DNA of 64,000 bases from Yoonia sp. Its GTDB lineage: Bacteria > Pseudomonadota > Alphaproteobacteria > Rhodobacterales > Rhodobacteraceae. Numbering within the stretch: position 1 is the first letter of the stretch; the number at the start of each line of letters is the position of its first letter. Below are positions 9,988-19,642 of this stretch, piece by piece. The position numbers and the translations under genes are program-made. The notes under the pieces are model-generated. The model ran no database searches. It saw nothing but the letters and a program-made list of their open reading frames with translations, and was not told the DNA's origin. The stretch spans positions 55,497 through 119,496 of the forward strand of contig NZ_JBKBQY010000001.1 in assembly GCF_046292185.1 (NCBI RefSeq). Direction: 5' to 3'.

Positions 9988-11130
9988 ATGGCTGGCGATA
10001 AGTCTTTGGATCAGACAGGTAAGCTGAAATTCCATACCGACGCCGGTGCCGGGCGGTCGGTGTGGATTGCCGGACTTTTGGTTGTGGTTCTGGTCGGCTG
10101 GATGGGCAGCGGTTATGTGATGCCTGCCTCAGGGCAGGGCGAAGCCGCTGATGAAACGACCGCCCGCGTGACCAGCGTGGCTGTCATGGACTCGGTGGCG
10201 CGTGACGTGCCGCTGGTGCTGACGGCGGAAGGGCAGTCCATCCCCGACAGATCCGCGACGATCCGGGCCAAGGCAACGGGTCAGATCGCCAGCGTTGCGG
10301 TTTCGCGCGGCGATCTGGTAAGCGCCGGACAGCAGATCGCGCAGATCGACGCCAGCATCGCAGAGGCGCAACTGGTTCAGGCACAAACTCAGGCGGAACA
10401 GGCGCAGCGCGATTATGACAATGCGCTGGCCCTGCAGAACCGTGGGATCGCGACCGAAGACCGCGTTTCGCAGACCCGCGCCGCGGTTGCCGCCGCCGAT
10501 GCCGCCGTCACTGCTGCACAAGATAGTTTGAATAATACCATCATCATCGCGCCATTCGCAGGCCGTCTGAATGATCTGACCATCAGTGTCGGCGAATTCG
10601 TGGATAACGGCGATTCCGTGGCCGAGGTGTTGGACAATGATCCGCTGACCGTCGTCGTGCAGGTACCGCAGCAGGCCCTTTCGCGGTTGGAAACCGGGCA
10701 GGCGGCCGATGTCAGGTTCATCACCGGCGAAGAAAAAACCGGCACGGTCACTTTTATCGGCGCGAATGCCGATCAGCAGACGCGGACATTCCGTGTCGAA
10801 ATCGCCGTGGACAATCCTGAAAGCACCATGCCTGCAGGCCTGAGTGCGCGGATCACCTTGCCGACCGGGCAGACCCGCGGGCATTTCGTGTCGCCTGCGG
10901 TTTTGTCTTTGGGTGTCAATGGGGATCTGGGGATCAAAATGGTGGATGATGACAGCCGTGTCACCTTTGCGCAGGTCGATATCGTCCGCGCGCAGACTGA
11001 CGGGATCTGGGTGTCGGGTCTGCCCGATACTGCCCGGATCATCACGATCGGGCAAGGTTTCGTCAACGAAGGCGATGAAGTTGATCCGCGCCCGCAGGGC
11101 GAGGATCTTACCGCGCTAGTCCTCCAATGA
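9988..11130 (+). CDS. RND efflux periplasmic adaptor (membrane fusion protein)
   Basis: 380 aa with an N-terminal TM, a coiled-coil hairpin (AQLVQAQTQAEQAQRDYDNA) and a beta-barrel region. Overlaps the RND pump start (ATGA). Confidence 0.9.
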   Translation: MAGDKSLDQTGKLKFHTDAGAGRSVWIAGLLVVVLVGWMGSGYVMPASGQGEAADETTARVTSVAVMDSVARDVPLVLTAEGQSIPDRSATIRAKATGQIASVAVSRGDLVSAGQQIAQIDASIAEAQLVQAQTQAEQAQRDYDNALALQNRGIATEDRVSQTRAAVAAADAAVTAAQDSLNNTIIIAPFAGRLNDLTISVGEFVDNGDSVAEVLDNDPLTVVVQVPQQALSRLETGQAADVRFITGEEKTGTVTFIGANADQQTRTFRVEIAVDNPESTMPAGLSARITLPTGQTRGHFVSPAVLSLGVNGDLGIKMVDDDSRVTFAQVDIVRAQTDGIWVSGLPDTARIITIGQGFVNEGDEVDPRPQGEDLTALVLQ

Positions 11131-14100
11131 ACGGCGTGATCGACGCCGCATTCGGGCGCAGCAAGGTTGTCGGGCTGATCCTTGGATTTTTGCTGCTGAT
11201 CGGCGCCGTCGCCTATGTCGCCATCCCCAAGGAAAGCAACCCGGAGGTCCCGATCCCCGTGGTGTATGTGTCCGCGACCCTGGACGGCATTTCGCCGCAG
11301 GATGCCGAGGACGTGTTGATCCGCCCTTTGGAAACAGAATTTGCCGCGCTGACGGGTCTGAAGTCCATGACAGCCAAGGCAAGCGAAGGCCATGCCAGCG
11401 TGCAACTGGAATTCGAGCCCGGCTATGACGCGAGGCTGGCGCTGGACGCGGTGCGCGATGCTGCCGACAAGGCCGAAAATGACCTGCCCGATGACGCGCA
11501 ACTGGTGGTGGTCGAGATTAACACTGCTCTGTTTCCGATCCTGACGGTCATCCTGTCCGGCCCCGTGCCGGAACGCACGCTGAACAGTCTGGCCGAAAAC
11601 CTGCAAGACGAGATCGAGGCGCTGGGCGGCGTTTTGGAGGTGGATGTCGCCGGCAAACGCACCGAGCTTCTGGAAGTGTTGATCGATCCCACGGTATTCG
11701 AGACCTATAATCTGACCTTTGACGAGTTGATCAGTTCAATCACCCGTAATAACCAGCTCATCGCCGCCGGCGCGATCGAAAGCGAGGCCGGACGCATCGT
11801 TGTGAAAGTGCCCGGTCTGATCGAAAATGTGCAGGACGTCATGGACCTGCCGATCATCACGCGCGGCCAGACCGTCGTGACTTTTGCCGATGTCGCCACG
11901 GTCAGGCGCACTTTCGAGGATCCGACCGGATTTGCCCGGATCGATGGCCAGCCCGCGCTGGCGCTGGAAATCAAGAAACGTGCCGGTGCGAATATCATCG
12001 ATACGGTCGATGCGGTGCGTGACGTGATCGAACGGGTGCGCATTAACTGGCCTGAAAATGTGGAAATCAGCTATACGCTCGACGAAAGCGAAACCGTCAA
12101 GACGATGTTGTCTGATCTTGAGGCCAATGTGATCGCGGCGATCATTCTGGTCATGATCGTGGTCGTTTATGCGCTGGGCCTGCGATCATCGGTGTTGGTC
12201 GGGCTGGCGATTCCCGGCGCCTTTCTGTCGGGTGTGGCTGTGCTGTATTTCATGGGCCTGACCATGAATATCGTCGTGCTCTTCTCGCTTATCCTTGTGG
12301 TGGGGATGCTGGTGGACGGGGCGATTGTCACGGTAGAACTCGCCGACCGCTATCTGCAGGAAGGCGACCCTGCGCGCAGTGCTTACGCGCGCGCGGCCAA
12401 GCGGATGGCATGGCCCATCATCGCCTCGACCGCGACCACGCTTTGCGTGTTCTTCCCGCTGTTGTTCTGGACCGGCGTCGTTGGCGAATTTATGAAATTC
12501 CTTCCGATCACCGTGATCGTCACGCTGACCGCGTCCCTGTTCATGGCGCTAATCTTCATTCCGGTCGTGGGCGGCATCATCGGCAAGCGCCAAGGGCAGA
12601 CCGCCCGCGCCAAGGCGCAGGCCCATGCCGCCGAACATGGTGATCCGCGTGATATGACCGGTTTCATGGGGGGGTATATCCGTGTGCTGGAATGGTCGAT
12701 CCTGCGGCCTTGGACCACGCTCGGGCTGGCGGTCATCGCCTTGGTAGCATCATTTTCGGCCTATGGTCAGTTCGGCAATGGCCTGACATTTTTCCCCGCC
12801 GTCGAACCGGACTTTGCCCAGGTCGAGATTCTGGCGAAGGATAATTTTTCCGTGTACGAACAAGACGCGCTGATCCGGCAGGTCGAGACGCGGCTGTCCG
12901 CCTATGAGGAAATCGCCAGCGTCTATGCGCGCTCTGGCGGGTCGGTGGAAAGCGGAGACGTGATCGGGACGCTGCAACTGGAACTGGCCGATTGGGACAC
13001 GCGTCGACCGGTCGCGCTGATTGCCGAAGATATCCGTGATGACGTCGGGCGCATTCCCGGGATCGAGGTGCAAATTCAGACCGATGCCGGCGGACCAGGC
13101 GGCGGCAAGCCGATCAATCTGGAAATCTACAGCCCCGTCGCGACGGACCAGACAGATGCGGTTCAGGCCATCATCGATACGATGAACGGGCTTGGTGGCT
13201 TTATTGATATCGTCGATTCGCGTCCGAACCCGGGTGTGGAATGGCAGATCACCGTCGACCGGTCAGAGGCCGCGCGCAGTGGCGCGGATGTGGCGCTTTT
13301 GGGTCAGGCCGTACAATTGCTGACGCGTGGCATCAACGTTGCAAATTACCGCCCCAGCGACGGCGACGGCGAGGTGGATATCGTCGTGCGCTTCCCTGCG
13401 GCCAACCGCACCCTGGAAGAGCTGGAGGCGTTGCGTGTGCCGACCTCTGTCGGGCTGGTGCCGATTTCGAACTTCGTCTCCTTCGAGCCAGCACCACGCA
13501 GTGGCACGATCACAAGGATTGATCAGGCGCGCGTGATGACGATTTCCGCCGATGTTGCCCCCGGCGTGCTGGCCAATGACCAGACGTTGGCGTTGCAGGC
13601 GGCGATCGCGGACCTTGATCTGCCAGACAGCGTCAGCATCAAATTCGGTGGTGAGGCCGAGGATCAGGCCGAATCCATGATCTTCCTGCTCAGCGCCTTT
13701 GCGTCGGCGATTGGACTGATGTTCGTGATCCTGCTGACGCAATTCAACAGTTTCTGGCAGGCCTTTGTGGTGATGTCCGCCATCGTATTTTCTATTGCCG
13801 GGGTCCTTTTGGGGCTGATGATCACCGGTCGACCCTTTGGCGTGGTCATGGGCGGGATCGGTGTCATTGCCTTGGCGGGGATCGTGGTCAACAACAACAT
13901 CGTGCTGATTGATACTTTCAACGAATTGCGCGCCGAAGGCCAATCCGCGCTTGAAGCCGCCCTGCGCAGTGGGGCGCAGCGTCTGCGCCCGGTCGTGCTG
14001 ACCTCGGTGACGACGGCGCTGGGACTCATGCCGATGGTTATCGGTCTGAACATCAACTTTTTCACCCGCGAGATTGTCTATGGCGCGCCGTCAACCCAAT

Positions 14101-14246
14101 GGTGGACTGAATTGTCCAGCGCCATCGCCGGGGGGCTGATCTTTGCCACGGTCCTGACGCTGCTGGTGACACCTGCGATGCTGATGCTGGGCGAAAAACG
14201 CGCCAAGCGGCACCTGCCGGGCACTGCGCTATCGCCAGCAGAGTGA
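11127..14246 (+). CDS. RND efflux permease (AcrB/AcrD/AcrF family)
   Basis: 1039 aa with 12-TM/two-large-loop architecture typical of AcrB. Confidence 0.95.
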   Translation: MNGVIDAAFGRSKVVGLILGFLLLIGAVAYVAIPKESNPEVPIPVVYVSATLDGISPQDAEDVLIRPLETEFAALTGLKSMTAKASEGHASVQLEFEPGYDARLALDAVRDAADKAENDLPDDAQLVVVEINTALFPILTVILSGPVPERTLNSLAENLQDEIEALGGVLEVDVAGKRTELLEVLIDPTVFETYNLTFDELISSITRNNQLIAAGAIESEAGRIVVKVPGLIENVQDVMDLPIITRGQTVVTFADVATVRRTFEDPTGFARIDGQPALALEIKKRAGANIIDTVDAVRDVIERVRINWPENVEISYTLDESETVKTMLSDLEANVIAAIILVMIVVVYALGLRSSVLVGLAIPGAFLSGVAVLYFMGLTMNIVVLFSLILVVGMLVDGAIVTVELADRYLQEGDPARSAYARAAKRMAWPIIASTATTLCVFFPLLFWTGVVGEFMKFLPITVIVTLTASLFMALIFIPVVGGIIGKRQGQTARAKAQAHAAEHGDPRDMTGFMGGYIRVLEWSILRPWTTLGLAVIALVASFSAYGQFGNGLTFFPAVEPDFAQVEILAKDNFSVYEQDALIRQVETRLSAYEEIASVYARSGGSVESGDVIGTLQLELADWDTRRPVALIAEDIRDDVGRIPGIEVQIQTDAGGPGGGKPINLEIYSPVATDQTDAVQAIIDTMNGLGGFIDIVDSRPNPGVEWQITVDRSEAARSGADVALLGQAVQLLTRGINVANYRPSDGDGEVDIVVRFPAANRTLEELEALRVPTSVGLVPISNFVSFEPAPRSGTITRIDQARVMTISADVAPGVLANDQTLALQAAIADLDLPDSVSIKFGGEAEDQAESMIFLLSAFASAIGLMFVILLTQFNSFWQAFVVMSAIVFSIAGVLLGLMITGRPFGVVMGGIGVIALAGIVVNNNIVLIDTFNELRAEGQSALEAALRSGAQRLRPVVLTSVTTALGLMPMVIGLNINFFTREIVYGAPSTQWWTELSSAIAGGLIFATVLTLLVTPAMLMLGEKRAKRHLPGTALSPAE

Positions 14247-14274
14247 ATCCGGGCGACGCGCCGCAGCATTCAGG

Positions 14275-15408
14275 TCACTCGGTCATGTCCAGCAGGGGCT
14301 TGTCATTCTTGTTGTGGCGCTGGGCCAGGCTACGGGCCTGACGGCCGGACATGACGGGACGTGCCGCGTCTTGCAGCCCTTCAATCACTTCGGGAAAGAT
14401 CAGCGCGAGTTCTTGGCGCGCCTGCGCATCCATGCTGCGCAGCGCCTGCGCGCCCAGCAGCAGCGTTTCGGCCCAAATGCCCTCTGCACTGATAAGCTCG
14501 TGGTGATCAAGCCGCAGGTGCAGATAGGTCACCGCGCGGGGCTCGGTCGTCTGCGTGATACCGGGAATGGCGCAAAGCTGCTTGGCCGCGACCAGGGTCT
14601 CTGGCTGCCCGGTCATGCGTTCAACGATTTTAGAGCGTATCAACAAGCGGTGCTGCGGTGACAGCCACAGATCGCGCGCGGGCAGCGCCGGACCTATCGC
14701 CCCTGCCGCGACCCGCACCGGCAGGATATGCGGGTAAAGCAATGCCTTGGTAAGGCTGATTTCACTACGCCCGATCCAACGGATCGGTTGCAGCCCCCGG
14801 TCCATTGTTTGGACCAGGTCGCCAACGACAAGATATTCAATTGCGATGGGTCCGCGATCTGTTTCGACCAATGTTCCGGCACAAAAGCAAATGGGGTTGA
14901 ACGCCCCATATGAGGTAGAAAAGTTCAGCTGGCTTGACGTATTGTCGGGAGAAGAGAGCGTTTCCTGATCGGTCGCAGCGTAGGTCAGTCGCGTGGGCGT
15001 CGTGGGCAGCCCGCCCCTGACATCAAACAGCAAATGCCTGCCGTCCGTAGCTTCGAAGACGATGTATTCGTCGCCGCCGCCCACACCTGAGACCAGGTCA
15101 TTCTTCGGTGTCAAATTGTTGTAAAGACCGATATTTGACCATCCGCTTTCATCCTGCGCGGGGTCTCCGCTGCCCGTATATTTCTGTAGGCGCCAGTTCT
15201 GGCCGTTCTTGAAAAACGTGTCTGACTGGTTCAGGTTGTTCTGCCAAACCAAGCGATAAACATCCTCCGGCCCACCCAATGCGGTGACATCGTTCATTAC
15301 CATCCCGAAGTTCGGGTCGCCTTGGTTCACACCGGGCGGGTTGGTGGGTTGTCCCGCTATGCCGGCAATCTGGTCGCCAGTCAGCAGAATTGGTCCGGCA
15401 TAGTTCAT
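14275..15408 (-). CDS. Hint-domain protein (Hint_2 type) with an unrecognised ~175-aa N-terminal domain
   Basis: Hint module starts at CFCAGTLVETDRGPIAIEYLVVGDLVQTMDRGLQPIRWIG and ends around LDHHELISAEGIWAETLL. No signal peptide. The N-terminal half is visibly less GC-rich. Confidence 0.85.
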   Translation of the reverse strand: MNYAGPILLTGDQIAGIAGQPTNPPGVNQGDPNFGMVMNDVTALGGPEDVYRLVWQNNLNQSDTFFKNGQNWRLQKYTGSGDPAQDESGWSNIGLYNNLTPKNDLVSGVGGGDEYIVFEATDGRHLLFDVRGGLPTTPTRLTYAATDQETLSSPDNTSSQLNFSTSYGAFNPICFCAGTLVETDRGPIAIEYLVVGDLVQTMDRGLQPIRWIGRSEISLTKALLYPHILPVRVAAGAIGPALPARDLWLSPQHRLLIRSKIVERMTGQPETLVAAKQLCAIPGITQTTEPRAVTYLHLRLDHHELISAEGIWAETLLLGAQALRSMDAQARQELALIFPEVIEGLQDAARPVMSGRQARSLAQRHNKNDKPLLDMTE

Positions 15409-15665
15409 GTATTCAAGGACTTTCTGATATCGTTCGGGTCTGAAAAAATCGACATGTGATCGAAAACGCCTGGAAATCCTCGCGGGTAGCGGATAAAAAT
15501 CAGTTGCTTGGGTTTCTATATCGTTTTAGGGCCGGTGTTGACAAGTTTCCGTCCGCGCGCAGCCTCTTTGCGCACTTGCGACGTTACGTCCTGCGGCAAT
15601 CACCAGCTTCACAAGCGATGTTTTCTCGTTACGCTCATTCCAAACGGCTTTTGGGAGGAAGCATT

Positions 15666-17378
15666 GTGGGAGAAGACCGTCCATGGACGGCCATTTATGG
15701 CTCGTCTGTACCAACAACCGTAAATGATATGTCACATCGGTCCCTTGGGGATTTCATTACCTCGACCGCTGCTGTCTATGGCGACCTGCCCGCCTTCACT
15801 GCGGTCCTGCCCAACGGCATGAATGGCACGCTGACGTTCCGGCAGGCTAATGAGATGTCAGATGCGTTGGCTGTCTATCTGCGCGATATCGCCGGATTGC
15901 GGGCCGGTGACAGGGTCGCTGTCCAAGTGCCCAATTGTCTTGCCTATCCGGTTGCCGCAATGGCAGTGTTCAAGGCGGGTTGCGTTCTGGTCAATGTCAA
16001 CCCTCTCTATACCGCCGAGGAGATGGCCAAACAATTTGCCGATGCCGAACCCACCGCCGTGATCGTTGTGGATATGTTCGCCGACAAACTGGCCGAGGCG
16101 ATGAAAACCTGTCCGGTCAAACATGTCGTCGTCACGAAGGTCGCGGAATTTCTGCCAGCCCTGCCGCGGATGATCGTGGGCCTAGTACAGAAACATTGGG
16201 ACAAGTCCGTGCAGCCCATCACGATCCCGCATATCCGCCTGCCTGATGCCATTGCCAAAGGGCGTGCCAAACACGACAGCCTACACAACGCCATCGAGGC
16301 CTATCGCAGCACGATCAAGCCCGATGACGTCGCCTGCCTGCAGTATACCGGCGGCACAACGGGCGTGTCCAAAGGGGCGATGCTCTCGCATGCCAATATC
16401 CTGATGAACATGGCGCAGACCATGTCGATGATCACAAACCTTGAAAAGGGCAAAGAGGTCGCTCTGACCGCCTTGCCGCTTTACCATATCTTTGCTTTTA
16501 CAGTGAATTTTCTAGGGTTTTACTCCATCGGCGCGCGCAACATCCTGATCCCGAACCCGCGTCCTCTGACCAATCTCAAACGCGCGTTCGAGAATTACAA
16601 GATCACCTGGCTTAGCGGGGTGAACACCCTGTTCAACGGGCTGAATAATGAGATGTGGTTTCTTGATACCCCGCCCCACCATCTGAAATTCGCCTCTGCC
16701 GGTGGTATGGCGCTGCAAAAGGTGGTGGCCGAACGCTGGGAGGAAATCACCGGGAAACCGGTGCTGGAAGGCTACGGTCTGACCGAATCCTCGCCCGTGC
16801 TGACCTTTAATCCGTTCGGCAACGCGCGTCACGGGTCCATCGGTGTACCGCTGCCATCGACGGATGTGCGCTGCGTCGACGAGGACGGCGCCGATGTGCC
16901 CCAGGGCGAGGCGGGCGAATTGATCGCCAAAGGCCCGCAGATCATGCTGGGCTATTGGGGCAAACCCGATGAGACAGCCAAGTCAATCCAGAACGGCTGG
17001 CTGCTGACAGGCGATATCGGGATCATGGAACCCGACGGCTATTTCCGCATCGTGGACCGCAAGAAGGACATGATCCTTGTCTCCGGTTTTAACGTATACC
17101 CTAATGAGATCGAGGATGTCATCGCCGCCCATCCGGATGTGCTGGAGGTCGCCGTGATAGGCGTGCCGGACGGTGCTGCTGGTGAGGCGGTGAAAGCATT
17201 TGTTGTTCCGCATGAAGAGGGGCTGACCAAGGACAGCCTGCGCGCCTACTGCAAAGAGCATCTGACCGGCTACAAGGTGCCAAAATTCGTAGAATTCCGC
17301 GACGAGCTGCCAAAATCCAATGTCGGCAAAATCCTCCGCAAGGATCTGCGTGCCCAAGAGCAGGCAAAGGCAGCATGA
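15666..17378 (+). CDS. fadD: Long-chain fatty acid--CoA ligase (AMP-binding family)
   Basis: ORF 15456..17378. I prefer the GTG at 15666, 6 nt after GGGAGGAAG, because FadD homologues start just before the conserved (D/E)RPW...YP..VP region. AMP motif LQYTGGTTGVSKGAMLSH. Confidence 0.88.
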   Translation: MGEDRPWTAIYGSSVPTTVNDMSHRSLGDFITSTAAVYGDLPAFTAVLPNGMNGTLTFRQANEMSDALAVYLRDIAGLRAGDRVAVQVPNCLAYPVAAMAVFKAGCVLVNVNPLYTAEEMAKQFADAEPTAVIVVDMFADKLAEAMKTCPVKHVVVTKVAEFLPALPRMIVGLVQKHWDKSVQPITIPHIRLPDAIAKGRAKHDSLHNAIEAYRSTIKPDDVACLQYTGGTTGVSKGAMLSHANILMNMAQTMSMITNLEKGKEVALTALPLYHIFAFTVNFLGFYSIGARNILIPNPRPLTNLKRAFENYKITWLSGVNTLFNGLNNEMWFLDTPPHHLKFASAGGMALQKVVAERWEEITGKPVLEGYGLTESSPVLTFNPFGNARHGSIGVPLPSTDVRCVDEDGADVPQGEAGELIAKGPQIMLGYWGKPDETAKSIQNGWLLTGDIGIMEPDGYFRIVDRKKDMILVSGFNVYPNEIEDVIAAHPDVLEVAVIGVPDGAAGEAVKAFVVPHEEGLTKDSLRAYCKEHLTGYKVPKFVEFRDELPKSNVGKILRKDLRAQEQAKAA

Positions 17379-17408
17379 ACAAGTATTTTATAAAGCTGGG
17401 GGTTTAGG

Positions 17409-18290
17409 ATGGTCGGACCATTGGAACAGGCCATTCTGGCCATGATGATTTTCGTGATCATGCTGGGGATGGGTGCCTCACTGACCCCGCGTGACTTTGC
17501 GTTGGCGCTGAAACGGCCCTATGGTCTTGGTGTCGGGGTGATTTCACAGTTCGGTTTCATGCCGCTGATCGGCTTTGTTCTGGCCACGACCCTGCCGGTA
17601 TCTGATCCGATCAAGATCGGCATTCTTATCATGGCTTGCATGCCGGGTGGGACCACGTCGAATATTTTTACATACTTCTCAAAAGGCAATCTGGCGCTAT
17701 CGGTCCTGATGACGGTGACATCCACCGTCTTTGGCGTGATCCTGATCCCGATTGTCCTGTTGATTTATGCCGGTGCCCTTGATCTTGATATCCCGCGCGA
17801 AAATATCATCGTTACACTGATCTTGCTTTTGGTGCCTGTCGCTATCGGGATGGTCTTGCGCAAATTCAACGCGAACGTCGGGGCGGTGACAGAATTCTTC
17901 GGATCGCTGTTGGCGCTGATCTTTATCGTGTTCCTGATCGTGTCATGGATTCCGCGCAACTGGGAATTCCTGCTGGCGACATCATGGGGCACCTATTTCG
18001 CATCGATCACGCTAGGTTTGTTCGGGTTCGCCATCGGCTATGGATTTGCCAAACTGCTGCGTTTGCATCCACGCAATGCGCGCACTGTGGCGCTGGAAAC
18101 GGGAATCCAGAACGGCCCGCTGGCGATCGCAATCATCGCCTTCACCTTCAGCGGGACCGAGGCGCAGGGAATAATGGCCGTCCCCGCCCTCTATTCGCTG
18201 TTCATCGTGCTGACATCAGCGGCGCTGACGCTCTGGTTTCGTCGGATCAATACCGCGAATGAACAGCCACTGCCGAACGGGTTGTTGTAA
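17409..18290 (+). CDS. Bile acid:sodium symporter (BASS/SBF) family transporter
   Basis: 293-aa polytopic protein with CMPGGTTSN and LETGIQNG motifs typical of the BASS family. Confidence 0.85.
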   Translation: MVGPLEQAILAMMIFVIMLGMGASLTPRDFALALKRPYGLGVGVISQFGFMPLIGFVLATTLPVSDPIKIGILIMACMPGGTTSNIFTYFSKGNLALSVLMTVTSTVFGVILIPIVLLIYAGALDLDIPRENIIVTLILLLVPVAIGMVLRKFNANVGAVTEFFGSLLALIFIVFLIVSWIPRNWEFLLATSWGTYFASITLGLFGFAIGYGFAKLLRLHPRNARTVALETGIQNGPLAIAIIAFTFSGTEAQGIMAVPALYSLFIVLTSAALTLWFRRINTANEQPLPNGLL

Positions 18291-18328
18291 GGGAGAGAGA
18301 TCAGCGCTTTTCCGGGCGGTGAGAAAAT

Positions 18329-18404
<76 letters not shown>

Positions 18405-18484
18405 ACGTGCAACCTGCGTTGCGCTTGCTGTCTATGCAGCAGACCGGGCGAGATCAAGTGCTAATCGCGCCCGGATACCAGCTT

Positions 18485-18811
18485 TTAGTCGTCGTCGGTC
18501 TTGGCCGCGACATCGCCCAGATCGTCGAACGATACGGTGTCATCGTCGTCGTCATCTTCCAGCACGTCATCGCCCAGATCAACATCTTCATCCTCTTCAT
18601 CGTCGAGCACCAGATCTTCGTCATCATCGGTGTCGCGCAATTTCTTGGATTGCAGATCTTCGGCATCCGCGACCATGGTGCGGGTCTTGGATGTATCGAC
18701 GGCCACCTCTTTGCCCGTATACGGGCTGATGATCGGTGTCGCGTTCAGGTCGTAAAAGCGTTTGCCGGTTTCGGGGCAGACGCGTTTGGTGCCCCATTCT
18801 TCATTTGGCAT
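18485..18811 (-). CDS. TIGR02300 (FYDLN_acid) family protein: zinc-ribbon-like N-terminus plus a poly-acidic tail
   Basis: 108 aa: MPNEEWGTKRVCPETGKRFYDLN... followed by D/E-rich C-terminus. Confidence 0.85.
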   Translation of the reverse strand: MPNEEWGTKRVCPETGKRFYDLNATPIISPYTGKEVAVDTSKTRTMVADAEDLQSKKLRDTDDDEDLVLDDEEDEDVDLGDDVLEDDDDDDTVSFDDLGDVAAKTDDD

Positions 18812-18921
18812 AGGCTATCCCTTCAAAAACTTGGTCGCCCCTTGCGGGTGATCGACGCCAACTGCCATAAGCAAGACAAGGTGTCAAAGGCTTTGGCGCA
18901 GGTGAATATAGAAAGCTGGAT

Positions 18922-19611
18922 ATGGGCCGTCACGTGCTACATGGCAACCCCCCGATTGACGTGACATTGCGCAAATCCGCGCAGGCGCGGCGGTTGTCGC
19001 TGCGTATTTCGCGGCTGGACGGACGCGTTACGCTGACAATGCCCCAAGGCGCGCTTGATCGTGAGGGAATCGCCTTTCTGCGCGAAAAGGAAAGCTGGCT
19101 GCGCGGTCATCTGTCCCAGATGTTGCCTGCGCAACAGGTCACGTTCGGCAGTGTCGTACCGGTTCACGGCAGGGCGCTGCATGTGGTGCAGGGTGCAGGC
19201 GCGCGGGTCCGGCTTCTGGATGACCGAATCGAGGTGCCCGCCCATCGCAATGCCAGCGCTGCGATCCGTGCCCGCCTGCGCGCCATGGCCCGCGACACGC
19301 TGGCGGGCGCATCAGACCGGCATGCCGCGACGCTGGGACTGACCTACAGCAGGCTGTCGATCAGGGACACGCGGTCGCGGTGGGGGTCCTGTTCGAGCAA
19401 GGGCGTGCTGATGTATTCTTGGCGGCTGATCATGGCGCCACCTGCGGTGTTGGATTATGTCGCTGCGCATGAGGTCGCGCATCTGCGTGAAATGAACCAT
19501 GCGCCTGCCTTCTGGGCCATCGTTGCCCAGTTGTGCCCTGGCTATGACGCGCACCGGCAATGGCTGCGTGACCACGGCGAAAGCCTTCATCGCATGCGTT
19601 TCGACGATTGA
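18922..19611 (+). CDS. YgjP-like (DUF45/M48-type) metal-dependent hydrolase
   Basis: 229 aa. HExxH motif in VAAHEVAHLREMNH. N-terminal RRLSLRISRLDGRVTLTMP is typical of the DUF45 family. Confidence 0.8.
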   Translation: MGRHVLHGNPPIDVTLRKSAQARRLSLRISRLDGRVTLTMPQGALDREGIAFLREKESWLRGHLSQMLPAQQVTFGSVVPVHGRALHVVQGAGARVRLLDDRIEVPAHRNASAAIRARLRAMARDTLAGASDRHAATLGLTYSRLSIRDTRSRWGSCSSKGVLMYSWRLIMAPPAVLDYVAAHEVAHLREMNHAPAFWAIVAQLCPGYDAHRQWLRDHGESLHRMRFDD

Positions 19612-19622
19612 CCGGGGGATTG

Positions 19623-19634
19623 TTTGTGATCACA
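19623..19634. promoter_or_regulatory. TTTGTGATCACA palindrome 9 nt upstream of the GntR-family gene start
   Basis: Read directly (GTGATCAC at 19626-19633). Same core as the paired sites upstream of sucC and sdhC. Confidence 0.45.
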
Positions 19635-19642
19635 TACAAATC

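Noticed and set aside
15456-15665. 70-codon N-terminal extension of the fadD ORF, which would give a 640-aa protein.
   Set aside because: The extension is basic and low-complexity with no counterpart in FadD proteins. A GTG with a strong GGGAGGAAG RBS sits exactly where homologues begin.
18500-18660. Repetitive GTC/GTCATC-rich stretch that looks like a tandem repeat on the plus strand.
   Set aside because: It is the antisense of GAC/GAT/GAA codons that encode the poly-Asp/Glu tail of the TIGR02300 protein. It is not a non-coding repeat or CRISPR-like array.
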